Of a DNA stretch of 64,000 bases, positions 13,601-25,464 are shown piece after piece. The stretch covers positions 1 through 64,000 of the forward strand of contig NW_003314382.1 of assembly GCF_000143415.4 (NCBI RefSeq). Reading direction: 5' to 3'. Made by a program: the position numbers and the translations under genes. The notes beneath the pieces are model-generated. The model made no database searches and was not told the origin of the DNA. It saw nothing but the letters and a program-made list of their open reading frames with translations. The stretch comes from Selaginella moellendorffii (lineage: Eukaryota > Plantae > Lycopodiophyta). The number at the start of each line of letters is the position of its first letter. Position 1 is the first letter of the stretch.

Positions 13601-14350
13601 TTCTATGTTGAAGTAACTTTTTTCTGACAGATGATGGGAAGAACTTGGATCTAGATATAACAGGAGCATCCCCATAAATTACAGCGCGTTAAGCAAGAAA
13701 AACTGCACGAATCTGCCTAATATTTCACTCGTGAGGAGTGCACAGAGTTATGCATGTTTCGAGATCGCAAGGCAGAGGAGGAGACCGACTTTCAAGCGCT
13801 GACTCGAATTCTAAGTCCGGATTAAGTCGTCGTCTCTTGGAAATCCCAGAGACGAAACTTGACCGTTCTCGAGCCATGACAATGTTGCTGGGATTTACGA
13901 GAGAAAAAAACTCTATTTTCTTGCAATGTAAGGGAAGATCTTTGGATATTTTTAAGACCATGCTGGCTGCGATGGAAGATTTTCTACAGAGTATTTACGA
14001 CAAGCAGGCGACGGATCGAGCTTGCGGGGGACCATCGCTGACCCAAAGCATTGCGAACACATTCTATGACTTTTGTAATGTTAGAACATTCCATGAACTA
14101 ATGTATCTACTGCACCACGCTATATCACATCATATAAGATCATATGCAAATATAACTAGAAAATTGGCTTGAACTCCCTCACACTGTCTTTGTTTCGAGC
14201 TAGAGGACATATGAAAAGCCACATGCAGGTCGCATTTTATTACGGTTACTACGTAACTTCATGCCGTAGCAAACTGGAATTGGACTAGCAGTACGTGTAG
14301 AATACGTCTGGACTGGATCAGGCAACACAGCACAACATAAACACCGAACA
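10690..14350 (+). pseudogene. Three tandem degenerate copies of a TIR-like gene (units approx 10690-12040, 12040-13490, 13500-14350)
   Basis: Shared anchors atgtttcgaga at 11021, ~12325 and ~13754, and aaattgg at ~11950, ~13310 and 14161. Translated fragments CAFLSHD, AFCDIGYL, IYEKIK, LFAMFTADYASE, AWRVAAEVVSSIPW follow TIR motif order. Frameshifts and stops are present. Confidence 0.5.
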
Positions 14351-14357
14351 AGCCTTG

Positions 14358-14360
<3 letters not shown>

Positions 14361-14438
<78 letters not shown>
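14361..14438. repeat. (GA)39 microsatellite
   Basis: Perfect GA dinucleotide run. Confidence 0.99.
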
Positions 14439-14443
<5 letters not shown>

Positions 14444-15240
14444 AAGCTTGACAATAGGAACAAGACACTTGTTAGCATTAGCATTTGCTTTCCCTCGAAA
14501 ATGCATGGAGGAAAATGGCCTAATTGTATCCCCAATGGATCAAGAGCCACCACCATATATTACGTGAGAGTTACGTAATCCAAAGGATCTGTGATTCCAA
14601 AAGCAAGCCGAGCCAAATGTTCAACAGGAAAATGACCCGACTGTAGGAGCTAGGGGTGGCCCTCCTTCCGATCAATTGACAAATGGTGGCTGATTGTTCC
14701 TTGTAGGTGTGGCCCAGGACCAGATGCTGACTTGATCACACACAACTCACACAGAACACAGGATTGCGTGTATTTGGGATTAGCGAAGAAAGTGGTTTTG
14801 ACAGGCCGCGCAGCAGGCAATGTCGCAAAAGCTTCGACGTTCCACTCCGCGGCTTCGCGTGGGCTTCGACTAAAGGCGGAAAAGAGGGGTCTTTGCAAGC
14901 TTCCAAAACGTGCGGCACTTGGGAAGCTTCCTTACCACCTTCCTCGCCATAAGCTGGATTAGATTACGCTCCGAAACCGCGATGTCAAAGGGCGGTTTAA
15001 CAGCTCAGTGTCGAGCACAGAAGGTGCACATTTAACCCACGTGTTGTATTCGGGGAATATGCGGGGGGGGCCGCTGAATAAATCGGGGCAAAAGATTGAT
15101 ATCCTCTGCAACAGCCGAACAAAGTGGAGGAGCAAGAGTATCTCGCCTTAGTCCGCAGATTTTCTGCCTTCTCTGCCCTTAAGAACTCTGATGAGACCGA
15201 CCTGGAACAAGTAACCAGCAGCGAGGGAGCGGCAAAGGCC

Positions 15241-16663
15241 ATGGAGATGGAGGTATGTTCTCTCCTTGGAGCAAGAGTTTGTTCTCCTTTGCTTCCTTAC
15301 AAATCTGTGCCTCCCATCCCAGGCCTTGTACGATCCCGAGGCGTGGAGCTTTCCAGGGGCAGCGACGGGCCATGAGTCTGCTTTCAGCCTGAGCTCCGCG
15401 GGGGCCAGCAGCAGCGGCGGCTTCCTGGAGCCCAACGACGATCACGAGCTCCAAGCCCACATTCAGCAACTTAGCCAGAGCTTCGACGGGACCGAGGCGT
15501 TTCAGCTGTTTGATCACGACAGCATCGTGGTTCAGGGGCTGTCTCGTGTGGATTTTCCCCTGGAAACGGGCCGTGGTGCGGGTTTCCAGCAGCAGCCCTT
15601 CGAACAGCCGCTGCCCGTGATGGTGGTCAAGGAGGAAGCGGTACCGGTGGAACAAGTAGAAATCCGTCCGGGCAAGGCCTTCCAATACTGGAGTCCTGGG
15701 ATCGAAAGCACCGGTCATACTCATGGCCATGGTTGCAGGAAGAAGATGATGGCGTGCTCCATCCTGGATCTCTATCGGCAAGTTCACGAAAGGGAGCAGC
15801 TCCAATCTCGCGCTTCCTCCTCCTCGGCTGCCCCCGCAGATGTAACTCTCCACCAACAGCAGCAACTAGAAATACAAGCGCCATCTTCTCGAGTAGCTCA
15901 AGCTCAAGATCTCCAACACCAACCCCAAATCCAATTCCAATCAAATCCGCGAGCTCCAGCGCAAACTCCCGCCTCGTACAACCACATGCTGGCCGAGCGG
16001 TCCCGGCGGTCCAAGGAATCCGAGCACCTGGCCACACTCAAGAAATTCATCCCACAAGGGACCTTGAAGAAGGTATGAGAATTTTAAACAAGAAAACTTG
16101 CTTCAACTTTCATTTCCAATCCCTGAACGTGGCACTGGACAGGCCAACAAGCTCGCGGTCCTCCAGGCCACCATCGACTACATCAAGCAACTCCGGTGCC
16201 AGATCGCGGAGCTCCAAGAGCAGAGCAGCCCGAGCTTCACCTCCAACTTGAACGGCGGCACCGGCGACCAAGAGGTGGAGTCCTTGTCCCCAGCCGCAAC
16301 GAATCCCACCAGCATGCTCACGGAGGAGCTCGACAATAATGACGACTCCCGCGCCGCGCGATCGGCAATTCACCTCAGCTTCGACGTCAAGAGACCGGAT
16401 CACGACCTGGTCAGGATGCTGAGTTGCCTCCAGGAGCTCGGTCTGGAGCTGGATTCCATCGACTGGAAGCCCGAAGCGAGCTCGGTCCTCAGCTTGACCG
16501 TTCACCACAACACCAAGGTGAGTGAGTCAACGCCCCCGGATATGGTATCTTAAGTTCCTGTGCTGATTGGTTTCTTGTCACTCCTTGTTTGCAGATGGAA
16601 AACCTCTTGTCCCGCCAAGCCCTCCACGAAACTCTGGCCAAGAAGCTGTTCACAGAAAGCTAA
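15241..16663 (+). CDS. bHLH transcription factor with C-terminal ACT-like domain; exons 15241-15252, 15323-16072, 16143-16518, 16595-16663
   Basis: NHMLAERSRRSK basic region, loop intron, KLAVLQATIDYIKQL helix 2, LVRMLSCLQELGLEL ACT-like region; GT-AG introns. Confidence 0.88.
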
Positions 16664-16703
16664 TGTGATCACCCCAGTGTCTCGAAAGGTACTTACTTTA
16701 CAT

Positions 16704-19700
16704 TCACACTATGTGGTATTGTGAGTAGAGCAGCTCCCGGACTTTGTAGTAGTCGTCAGACAAAGATCCCTCGATTACGAGTTGCTGTCCTCCACTCTGG
16801 GCAGAGCAACTTAGTTTCCGGATTTACAAAGTTCGGAACTACCTACCTTGCGAACGGCTATGTTGTCAGCGCAACGGAGAACACCACCGGCAAATTCTGC
16901 CTGCGCATGTGAAGCAGAGGTCAAACATCTAACCAGGACAGCAGAACAAGACGAGGTCACCTGGATGCCTTTGGTGGCTAATAGCTGCTTGAAATCAGCA
17001 AGGCGCAAATCCCCAACAAAGACGGTCTTGTGTGGAGGTGGCGTTCCGTCCAGAGGCAAAAGTGGGAGTAAATCCTCCTCGTTCTGTCCGATTTCTCCAT
17101 CAACCCACGCTAGCTCGTAATCTCCAAGCTGAAACGTGCACAATGCTCAAACTCCAAAATCTGTGCCACGTTTACCTTTCTGAAGAGGACGCTGCTCATT
17201 ATACGCTCCGTCAGCCTCAGCTAAACAGGAACAAGGACGGAGTCATTCACACACGGGTCTCAAACTCTCATCGCACCTTATACGCATTGAGATCGGACGT
17301 GACGTTCATATTTTCACCAACCCGTGGAGTGTAGACGAACGGACAGACATTTTTGAGGCAGTGCTGCTTCAAGTGTTCGGTAGATTCCGCGGATCCATGG
17401 ATCAAAACCTGATCTCCTCCAAATCAGCAAATGAAGATAAAGGAAAAGGCTACACTTGCCAGCTTCAAGGGAGCTACATGGGCCAATATCGACTTGATCG
17501 ATCGTCCATCGGCTCGGCCCTCAAAATCCATGAATGTCAGCGCACACAGTGGGACCACCTAAACACCACAAGAGAGATATTTTAGAAAATACTCAGTAAT
17601 TTCTGAGCACTAGAAATACCGCTGTATCAGTCGTGACGACTTTGGACGGCTTTTCTGCAGAGGTGTCTCCTTCTGTCTCTAGCTTTATATTATTTGCATT
17701 CTGTAAGAAAATATATAATATGTATAAAAAAAACAAATCGTTAAAACCAGTTTTAGACGCACTAAGAACATCACTTACAGCCTGAGTTTGGGAGTAGTCC
17801 ATAAACTCTTCTTTAATCACAAAGTCATCAGGGTTAATAATTTCCCCATACTCGTCACGTTCGTTGCTATCGTCATAAACCGGGAACATGGGTGCTACGG
17901 TGTCAGCCGGAACCGTGAAACCATCTATGAAAATATCATGATGAACAGTGACCGCTTGCTGCTTCCCTGGAATGAACAAGGACTATCGTCTTAAGCCAAG
18001 AGAAAACTGACAAACTCATCACCTTCTGATGGTGTACTTGACTCGTCCGGAGATGATGGCATCAGGTCGTCGCTTGAAGAAGCTGGCTGGACTGGTTCCT
18101 GTTGAGAAGCTGCGTTCCTTGCTTCCTCTCTGAGCCGCGATTGCTCACGCTCGTAAGCCTCCAGCTCCTCACCGACAAGAAGGACTTTCTTGCTGATGGT
18201 GATTTTCACAATCTTTGGCGGAGGCTCCACCTGCAGCTGACGCGCTAGTGTTCCAACCTACCAAAACTTAACGATGAACTTCTCGCAAATAGGAGAGAAT
18301 AACGACTACCTGAGCCCGTTCCGTAAAAAGTACAAGATTTTTAGGATCTACAGCCCACTCCAAAAACAATTCTTTCGCAAATCCTGTTTCCAAGCTCGCC
18401 ATGGATGCAAGAACAACCTGAACCAATAATTGAGTATTCACGATTTAGTTTCGAGAAAACGTTACCCTGGGTCCTGGAGGAAGCTCCTCAAGCTGTTTTC
18501 GTGAGGTGCACAATTTCACGGATCTGAAAGTAAATATGAAAAATAAGAACATGCAGTTAAAACGGATCACTCACCTTAGTGCGAATGGATTCTCACGATT
18601 CTGTTCGAATGCTTTTCCTATAGCATCATTCATCCATTCAAGCGAGCTCTTAACAAAGTCAGTTACGCTGCCGACCACATACGTAAGAAAAACGAGGGGT
18701 ACGTTTATTCGGTGCTGGCTCCAATGCTGCATGCAAAGGACGCTTACAAAGTAAACTTAGTTTTGAGAGCATACCTGGTCCAGGTACAAAATAATCTCTA
18801 ATACCCGACCAGACGGTTCGACAGGCAAAAGAACATTTCCAGAGGAGCGTAGAGTCCTCAAGATAATATCTGCATCAAAAAACAGGAGAGAGAACTCTAT
18901 GGCTCACAAAAAACCAAGAAAGACGTACCCAGAAATTCTTGATCTCGTTGCCGGCGCACAGGCTGAGAATTGAGAGCATTGTAAGCATCCGTAATAAGCA
19001 CTGCAGGCCTAGTGAAGGACTCTAAAACCGTTGCATTTAAATGCCTGCGTTAGCATGCCCTCAGATTCTAGGCCTCAGGAAATGAACAAATCTAAAACTG
19101 AAACCTTTCTTTGCGATGGTTGAAATCGACAGCATATATGATGTCTTCCGTGTCCTTGGTGATTTTCCAGATAGTTCCACCTAAAAGTCTGGCTGCTGGA
19201 AACGGTGTGATGATAATGCCCTGTCCCTTGCCTGCACTAGAGAAAAACTAAAACCTTAAATTTCTTCTAGTTTTCTTCTCGGGGATTACCTTGAAGAGGA
19301 AAATGTTGAGAGTACTTGAGAGGACAGGTGTTCGAGAAGGCAGTGTCTACATCATCCAGGCTGAAGAGATCAAAATGCGACACAGCCTGTAAGAAAAGAA
19401 GAAATCCATACATTATTTCAGTCCATCCACGAGCTGAGCGGAAAGAAGAACAAAACTCACAGTTCGCGAGAGGCAATGATCATACATTTGCATATGGCCC
19501 ATGGACCGGATGGGATGCGTGCAATAGACAGTCGCATTGAGTCCCAGCTTCGCGATCGCGTAGGGTAGCGCTCCGAGATGCAGCGTGTCAGAATGGGAGA
19601 GAAGCACAGCATCGATCGTGGGAGCGACACTGAAATATCAATGGTCAATCAAGAAAAGCCGAGAATCCAATACCTGACGAGGGGCTGGAGGAGAGAGACA

Positions 19701-19822
19701 TCGAAGACATCGTTCCAGCCGCAATCCAGCAAGAATCTGAAATCGTCGACCTGGAGGAGGTAGCAGAGCGGCCCCTCGGAGTGAGCGCCGGCAAGCGGGG
19801 TCAGCTGGACGCTCGTCCCCAT
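16704..19822 (-). CDS. CPSF100: Cleavage and polyadenylation specificity factor subunit 2 (multi-exon)
   Basis: [99 protein letters not shown]-terminal [15 protein letters not shown]. Confidence 0.95.
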
Positions 19823-20031
19823 TCCTGCAAGAAGAGAGAGAGAGAGAGAGAGAGCCCTACCCAAGAACCCTAAAAATTTGAAATGTAGAGGTATTTTATA
19901 AGAGAGTTTTTAGAACATTGTTAAGCGCGAGTTTCTTGCTGAGGCTATGGCGTTGGTTAGCTTCAGTGGCTCCTCAATCGCAGCATCGAAGTGTCAGGCA
20001 TGGGAGCGCGCGGTGGCGGCATTGCTTTGCT

Positions 20032-20499
20032 TCACCACAGGCGGCAATAGCCGCAATAGCGAGGGCAGCCGTGGTGGCAGTAGGGGCACCAGCGGCAGAT
20101 CGGGCACCAGCGGCAGTAGCGCTGCCACGAGGGGCAAAAGGGGCAAGATCGCGGCGTGATGCTCAGCGTCACCCTCTCGGGCGAGCAGCTGCGGGCGCGC
20201 ACGGAGATCCGGGGCGTGCACGGCGGCGAATCGTCGATGTGGAGCGTGAGGGAGTCGTGGTGGTGGTGGTGGTAGAAGGAGGGGCGCTGGCAGTGGCTGC
20301 CACCCGAGTAGAGCACCGTGGTATCGTCGCCCACGCGGACACGCACCGGGGAGCAGGAGCGCGGTGAGCAGTGGGCCGAGGAGATGTGGACGCGGGGGCT
20401 GTGGCTGTGGTGGTGGTGGTGCCCGTGGTGGTGCCCGTGGTGCCCGTGGTGGTGCGGCACTATGTCGCAGCAGTCATCGTCGCTGTCGCAACAATCCAT
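20032..20499 (-). CDS. Orphan His/Cys/Pro/Arg-rich protein (155 aa)
   Basis: ATG-initiated GC-rich ORF with C/G-ending codon bias. Upstream TATA-like element (~20616-20621) and G-box CACGTG (20605-20610). Coherent repetitive peptide content. Confidence 0.7.
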   Translation of the reverse strand: MDCCDSDDDCCDIVPHHHGHHGHHHGHHHHHSHSPRVHISSAHCSPRSCSPVRVRVGDDTTVLYSGGSHCQRPSFYHHHHHDSLTLHIDDSPPCTPRISVRARSCSPERVTLSITPRSCPFCPSWQRYCRWCPICRWCPYCHHGCPRYCGYCRLW

Positions 20500-20652
20500 C
20501 GTCCGCCGTCCCCCGACCGACGAACAATGGGGGGTGAATCAGCCCTAGGCGGGGATGCAGCACGACCATTGGCGGAGAGGTGTGATGACGTGGATGGGAA
20601 TTGACACGTGAGCGGATATATGGGTTTTACTATGACGTTTGTTACCAACTTG

Positions 20653-20724
20653 GCTTCCATAGCATAGTGGTAGTGCGTTCGCTTCGTAAGCGAAAGGTCG
20701 CGAGTTCGAACCTCGCTGGGAGCT
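20653..20724 (+). tRNA. tRNA-Thr(CGT)
   Basis: Acceptor stem GCTTCCA/TGGGAGC, D-loop AGTGGTA, anticodon arm TTCGC-TT-CGT-AA-GCGAA, T-loop GTTCGAA, upstream CAA motif, downstream T5 terminator at ~20753. Confidence 0.97.
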
Positions 20725-22859
20725 AGTTGCAGTTTGACATGTTCTAGCTTTGTTTTTAATCGCTTTTCCTGTTTTTTCATGGCCGGTGGTGGATCAATCA
20801 GGCAGGGATTTTGAAGCTTTTCCCTCTTCCCAAGCTTGAGACAAGAGCTTTTAGCGGCTCTGGAGCGAAATGCTGAGTGCTAGCCGGCCGAGCCTTGGAA
20901 GAATGTCACCCATTTTCAGTGCTTCTGTGCCTCAAGTAGAAAGAGTGGAACTACGGACATATACGTATACAAAGTGGATCAACCGGTGGAAAGACTTGTA
21001 TTAGAATAGGCTCTAGCACTTTAGCATTTTGAGTTCTTCCACAAAATTTTGGTAGTTTTTAGATACTTTAAATCAATCCCTTTGATTAACGCTGGCGAAA
21101 CCAAAGATGCTAGATTACATGCCTTAATAGCAGTATAAATCATCTCAATTAACTTCCAACCAGTAATCGATTGATTATGTTGAAGATTCTAAAGGTGATA
21201 TTGCAGCACTGCTGTGGTTTCTTGCAAGATGGTCCTTTGGGGCACTTTAAGATTTAATGTTAATCTATAATTTTATAAATTTCATGAACATTATTATTTT
21301 TCTATAGAGTTTCAGCAATAGTTAACTACCCCCTGTTCCAAAACCATGATGTCAAGAGTCAATATAAAAATTATGTTGACTGTCATTGACTTTGATCACA
21401 TTGTATTAAGTTCCTCACTAGATGGACATCCCTTGTTCTGACATCCAATTAGCAAAACCATGTAACCCAAAGCCAGCAGTCCATAGCTTCTAATTGGAAC
21501 AAACTCCTTAGCAAGCAGAATTTTCGTGACAAATCCAATAGATCATTAAGGCACTTATTTTTTATGGATCCTTGAGATCTAGATGAGATCGTTCTGAGTT
21601 GATCTAGGTTCCTTATTTTGGATTTATAAGATATTAAACTAAATTCTTAAATTAATGGTATTATATATTCCTAATACTTTTACATTAGAGAAGTTTTTAT
21701 ATTAGTTTGAAACTTAAAGTTTAGTGTAAGAATATCAAATTATAATTACACCCTCCACCTTATGTGGCTCCCAGTTTAGGCTTTTAAACACAAGTTGTGT
21801 TTCTTTTCTAGTAAAAATAACATTTTTGTGCAAGAACCCCCATCCTTGGGGTAGGAGCCACGATAAATGGAACTATAAGTTTGATCATAATGGTTTTAGG
21901 GCTTTAGCATGCAATATTAATAATTTTCTATTCATTGCATGTAACAACAATTGGTTTGTTTAATAGTAATTTTATTCTTACTTATTAATTCAATTAATCA
22001 AATAAAATTTTATAATTATAAACATGTTTATAATTTATAAACACAAAATTAATCTTATTGACCATTAGATGGTAGAATATCCTAGAATATCCAAGGATAT
22101 TCTAGGTATATTTCTAAGGTTTGTTTAAGCAAACCAAAAATAGTTTAATTTAGTATTTATGTTTTGCATAGTTTAATTCTAGGGCATAAAAGTAAAAAAA
22201 CTCTATGATGAGTTTATTCTTAAGCTTTAAGTGGAACAACAAAGTGCATAACCCAAATGTTGTCACCTTTTTATTTACTTGTAAAAATATTGTTAGTTTT
22301 TACATTTCCTTGGCATTATGGTGGTGTCTTACATTCTTATCCGCTTGAATTATCTTTTTAAAGATTTAGAAAGCAGTCAAAAGATGACATACTCACCACA
22401 ATAATTAATAAATATTTTTGCCTTGGGTAAGGAAAATACTTATTACAAATGTAAATTTTTGTTTCATTGGGTAATTTTCATATAATTAAAAATAGAAGTG
22501 TTTATATACAGGGCTTATGATATAAGCTCCTGATTGATTTATACATTTAAGGGATTGCAGTATTTAAAAGATTTTGGGTGCCAAATAGTGGTAATTGAAT
22601 CTTTGTATGGTACTATTTCTTATGTTCTAAGGATGATTCACAAACATCTAATTAGGAAGTAATAGTTAAAATATAAACACAGACTTAAAGTTAATTTGTA
22701 TTAGTTTAACTAAGAAAATTATTATTAAATACCAATTATAAATAAATTAGAAAAAGCGAAGAATATCCTAAAAATATATTTAGATATTCTAGTTAAATTT
22801 TTCAAATTTTGGCAAGTTCAAAGTTTGACCAAGAAAAAAATTAAGTAAAAATATATGAC

Positions 22860-23480
22860 AAAAGTAATTTGACAATAAAGCTTGAATCTAAAATGTTTCC
22901 CATAGTGAAAATACCAAATTACAACTCCATTGCTACTGATAAGAGATCTTCTGACAAACTTAATTTGAAATGTTTGACATCTAGTCAGAAGAAGCTCAAC
23001 AATTCCAATTTGAAAAGCTCAATAAAATTATCCGATAAGGCTCGAAAATAATTTTGTCAAAGTTTGACAATTCCAATTCGAAAAGCTCAAAAAGTAATTC
23101 GACAAAGCTAGACAGTTCCAAGTGAAAGAGCTCAACAAAGCTTGACAATTCTAATTCGAAAAGCTTGACAAATCCAACAAGGAGCACGGATACAAGTATG
23201 CGGTAAGAATGGAAGAAGATATTTGCGACTTCCTTCCTTGCGATATTTGAAAGGTTTGATACCAAACATGACAATTCCAATTATAAGTAACCTATAAAGA
23301 AGAGTAATATCTAGAAGGATATGAGAACACTATAATTCATCAGAAACATCTCGAATAAATAAAAAGACAAGAAGGGACACATATGCCTCTTGATACCATG
23401 TTAAATTATATTCAAGAAAAGACAAGACTCTCTTTAACAAGCTGCACAGCTCAGATTCTACGGAAGAAAAGACAAAACAC
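22860..23480 (-). mobile_element. Ty1/Copia remnant: LTR end, tRNA-Met(i) PBS and degenerate gag start
   Basis: Minus strand reads ...TTAACA-TGGTATCAAGAG (PBS 23387-23398), followed by a decayed SLW..IQALL gag-like frame. LTR extent is uncertain. Confidence 0.6.
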
Positions 23481-25464
23481 TCTACAATAAACGACACATA
23501 TTCATTGTGTTCAAAGTAAACTCACTATTCTTGTTGCAGATCCCAATCTTTGTATCAGCCTGTCTAACTCGCCTCCAGAGTAGTGATGAATGTGATTTTA
23601 TCCATGTGCGGAACTTGTCCTGGCACCGCGATTATGGCTCCCAGCGTTGCGGCTGGCCATGGCCGTGGATTCAGCATACACAATGTTTCATTGGAAGTTT
23701 AAATGTCGTCCCTGATAGAAGCAAACACGGTTACCTTGAGAAGGCTATTATTATATTCGGGTGGTAACTCGTCTCTTTTAATCCAAGTTGTGTTGTAAAT
23801 CTGTTTTTTCTAACAGAAATCATAATTTGCTAAATCTAAGTAATTGGTTTCTGCAAATTAAACCCAAAATCACAACAGTGATCATGCTGCCTGCTCTAGA
23901 CTTCCTCATTGGGAACCTGCATTAGTAAGATCATTGCAATCGTTTAGTGCCAACGTGACATTTAGCAAATGGAATTAGGCACTACTTCTTGGCTGGGCAA
24001 CACAAGACGATTGTCTAGCAAAGGTGGTGTGGTTTTAAACCAGCACAATATGAATTCCACATAGCAGCAAAGAATTCTGAGTAGTTGGCGGCAGCTCGGG
24101 ATCAATCTTGGAGTTCTCTTGCGCCATGAGTTTTCAAGGAGAGCTATGAAATTTGTCACCCTGCACTCCACATTTGTGTGTTGGGATCACAACCTATAGC
24201 TATGGGCAGAATTTCGCAAAGTATTTGGTAATTGTGCTCAGCTCAAGAAAGAGGACACTCTTGGTGCTGACGAGTTTCCTGGCATCCATTAGCTGTCATA
24301 CTTAAGTCTCAAGATTGGACGAAATGTAAGTCGTTCAAAGGGACTCAATCATAGCAGAAATTTGATCCGGAGAATGTGAGCGTGTGAGGCTTGGGACACT
24401 TCAGGCTATCCCGCCAGAGGCCTTGGCAAAAGAATTCTTGCGACAATGAGAAGGCACACCGGGGAGAGTTCTGGAGTGCCGAGATAGTTCTTTTTACGAG
24501 ATCTAAGCCAAAACGCCTCATCATGAAGGTGGCCACTAGCTATGACAACTACGATCTCATGTTTTCATTGCTTTACTTGAAGCAGGCTGTCTAATATCCA
24601 TTATAACCAACATCTGGAACTTTTCTTTCTTGTCTTATTTCTCCTTGTGATCAACCGATATCGATGGTTGATCATTCTTCCTATCTTGATCATGATCGTC
24701 TTTGCTAGAGAACGGATGCTGGCTCTACTGCTGAGAGTGGCCACAACATTTTCTACTTACAGTTCAAGATATTCTGCCTATAAGGCTTGAGATGACTAGA
24801 ATAATTGTGAGCTACAAGAGCTTCCATTCTCATGCTTTAGATATTTAGAGCTGTTTTGAAGCAGACTAGTTTGCTTGTGGTTGGATGATGGGGATAATAA
24901 TATCAGTACTTGCACGGACGATAAGGGCATAGCAAGCCATTCACTCAATATTATGTGTATCTTCTATAACAATTTCATCTGCAAAACACTCTAAATCAGT
25001 GTAAATGAAAACAACAATGAAAACAGTTTTGTCAAACATGATGTATTCTAAAGAAAACTCGGAAGACAGTTCTGGCAAGACATCTTCTCAAACCTTTGAT
25101 CACAGCAGCTTCTTATTTGTCCTTGCCTTGCTTCCTTTATTCTCAGAGCCTTAGCTAGTTTTGCACTCACCTTCTTTTTCTACTATGGCATTCTTACCAC
25201 CCACAGATGTTTTCTCAATTTGCATTGAGATAACTTCTAATTTTTGGGGTTCTACTTTGAGCAAATGAAGGATGAGAACCTTTGCTTAGTTATGATGTAT
25301 ATCTTGTCTCGTTCCGCAAATCCACAGGTTAAACTCAGGATATGCTTGGTTAGAATGCAAGCTTTTCAACCATGAATTTCCTGCCTTCTTTGATCGTGAG
25401 CAGAAGAAGTTCGTTCCACAGCCTCTACGCGTGCGATAGATGGTATCCTCTGTAAAATGTAGAA

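Noticed and set aside
14200-14567. ORFs with LSLS/ERER repeats
   Set aside because: Translations of the (GA)n microsatellite.
23500-25300. Moderately GC, coding-like decayed sequence
   Set aside because: No recognisable motif or consistent frame; cannot be assigned.
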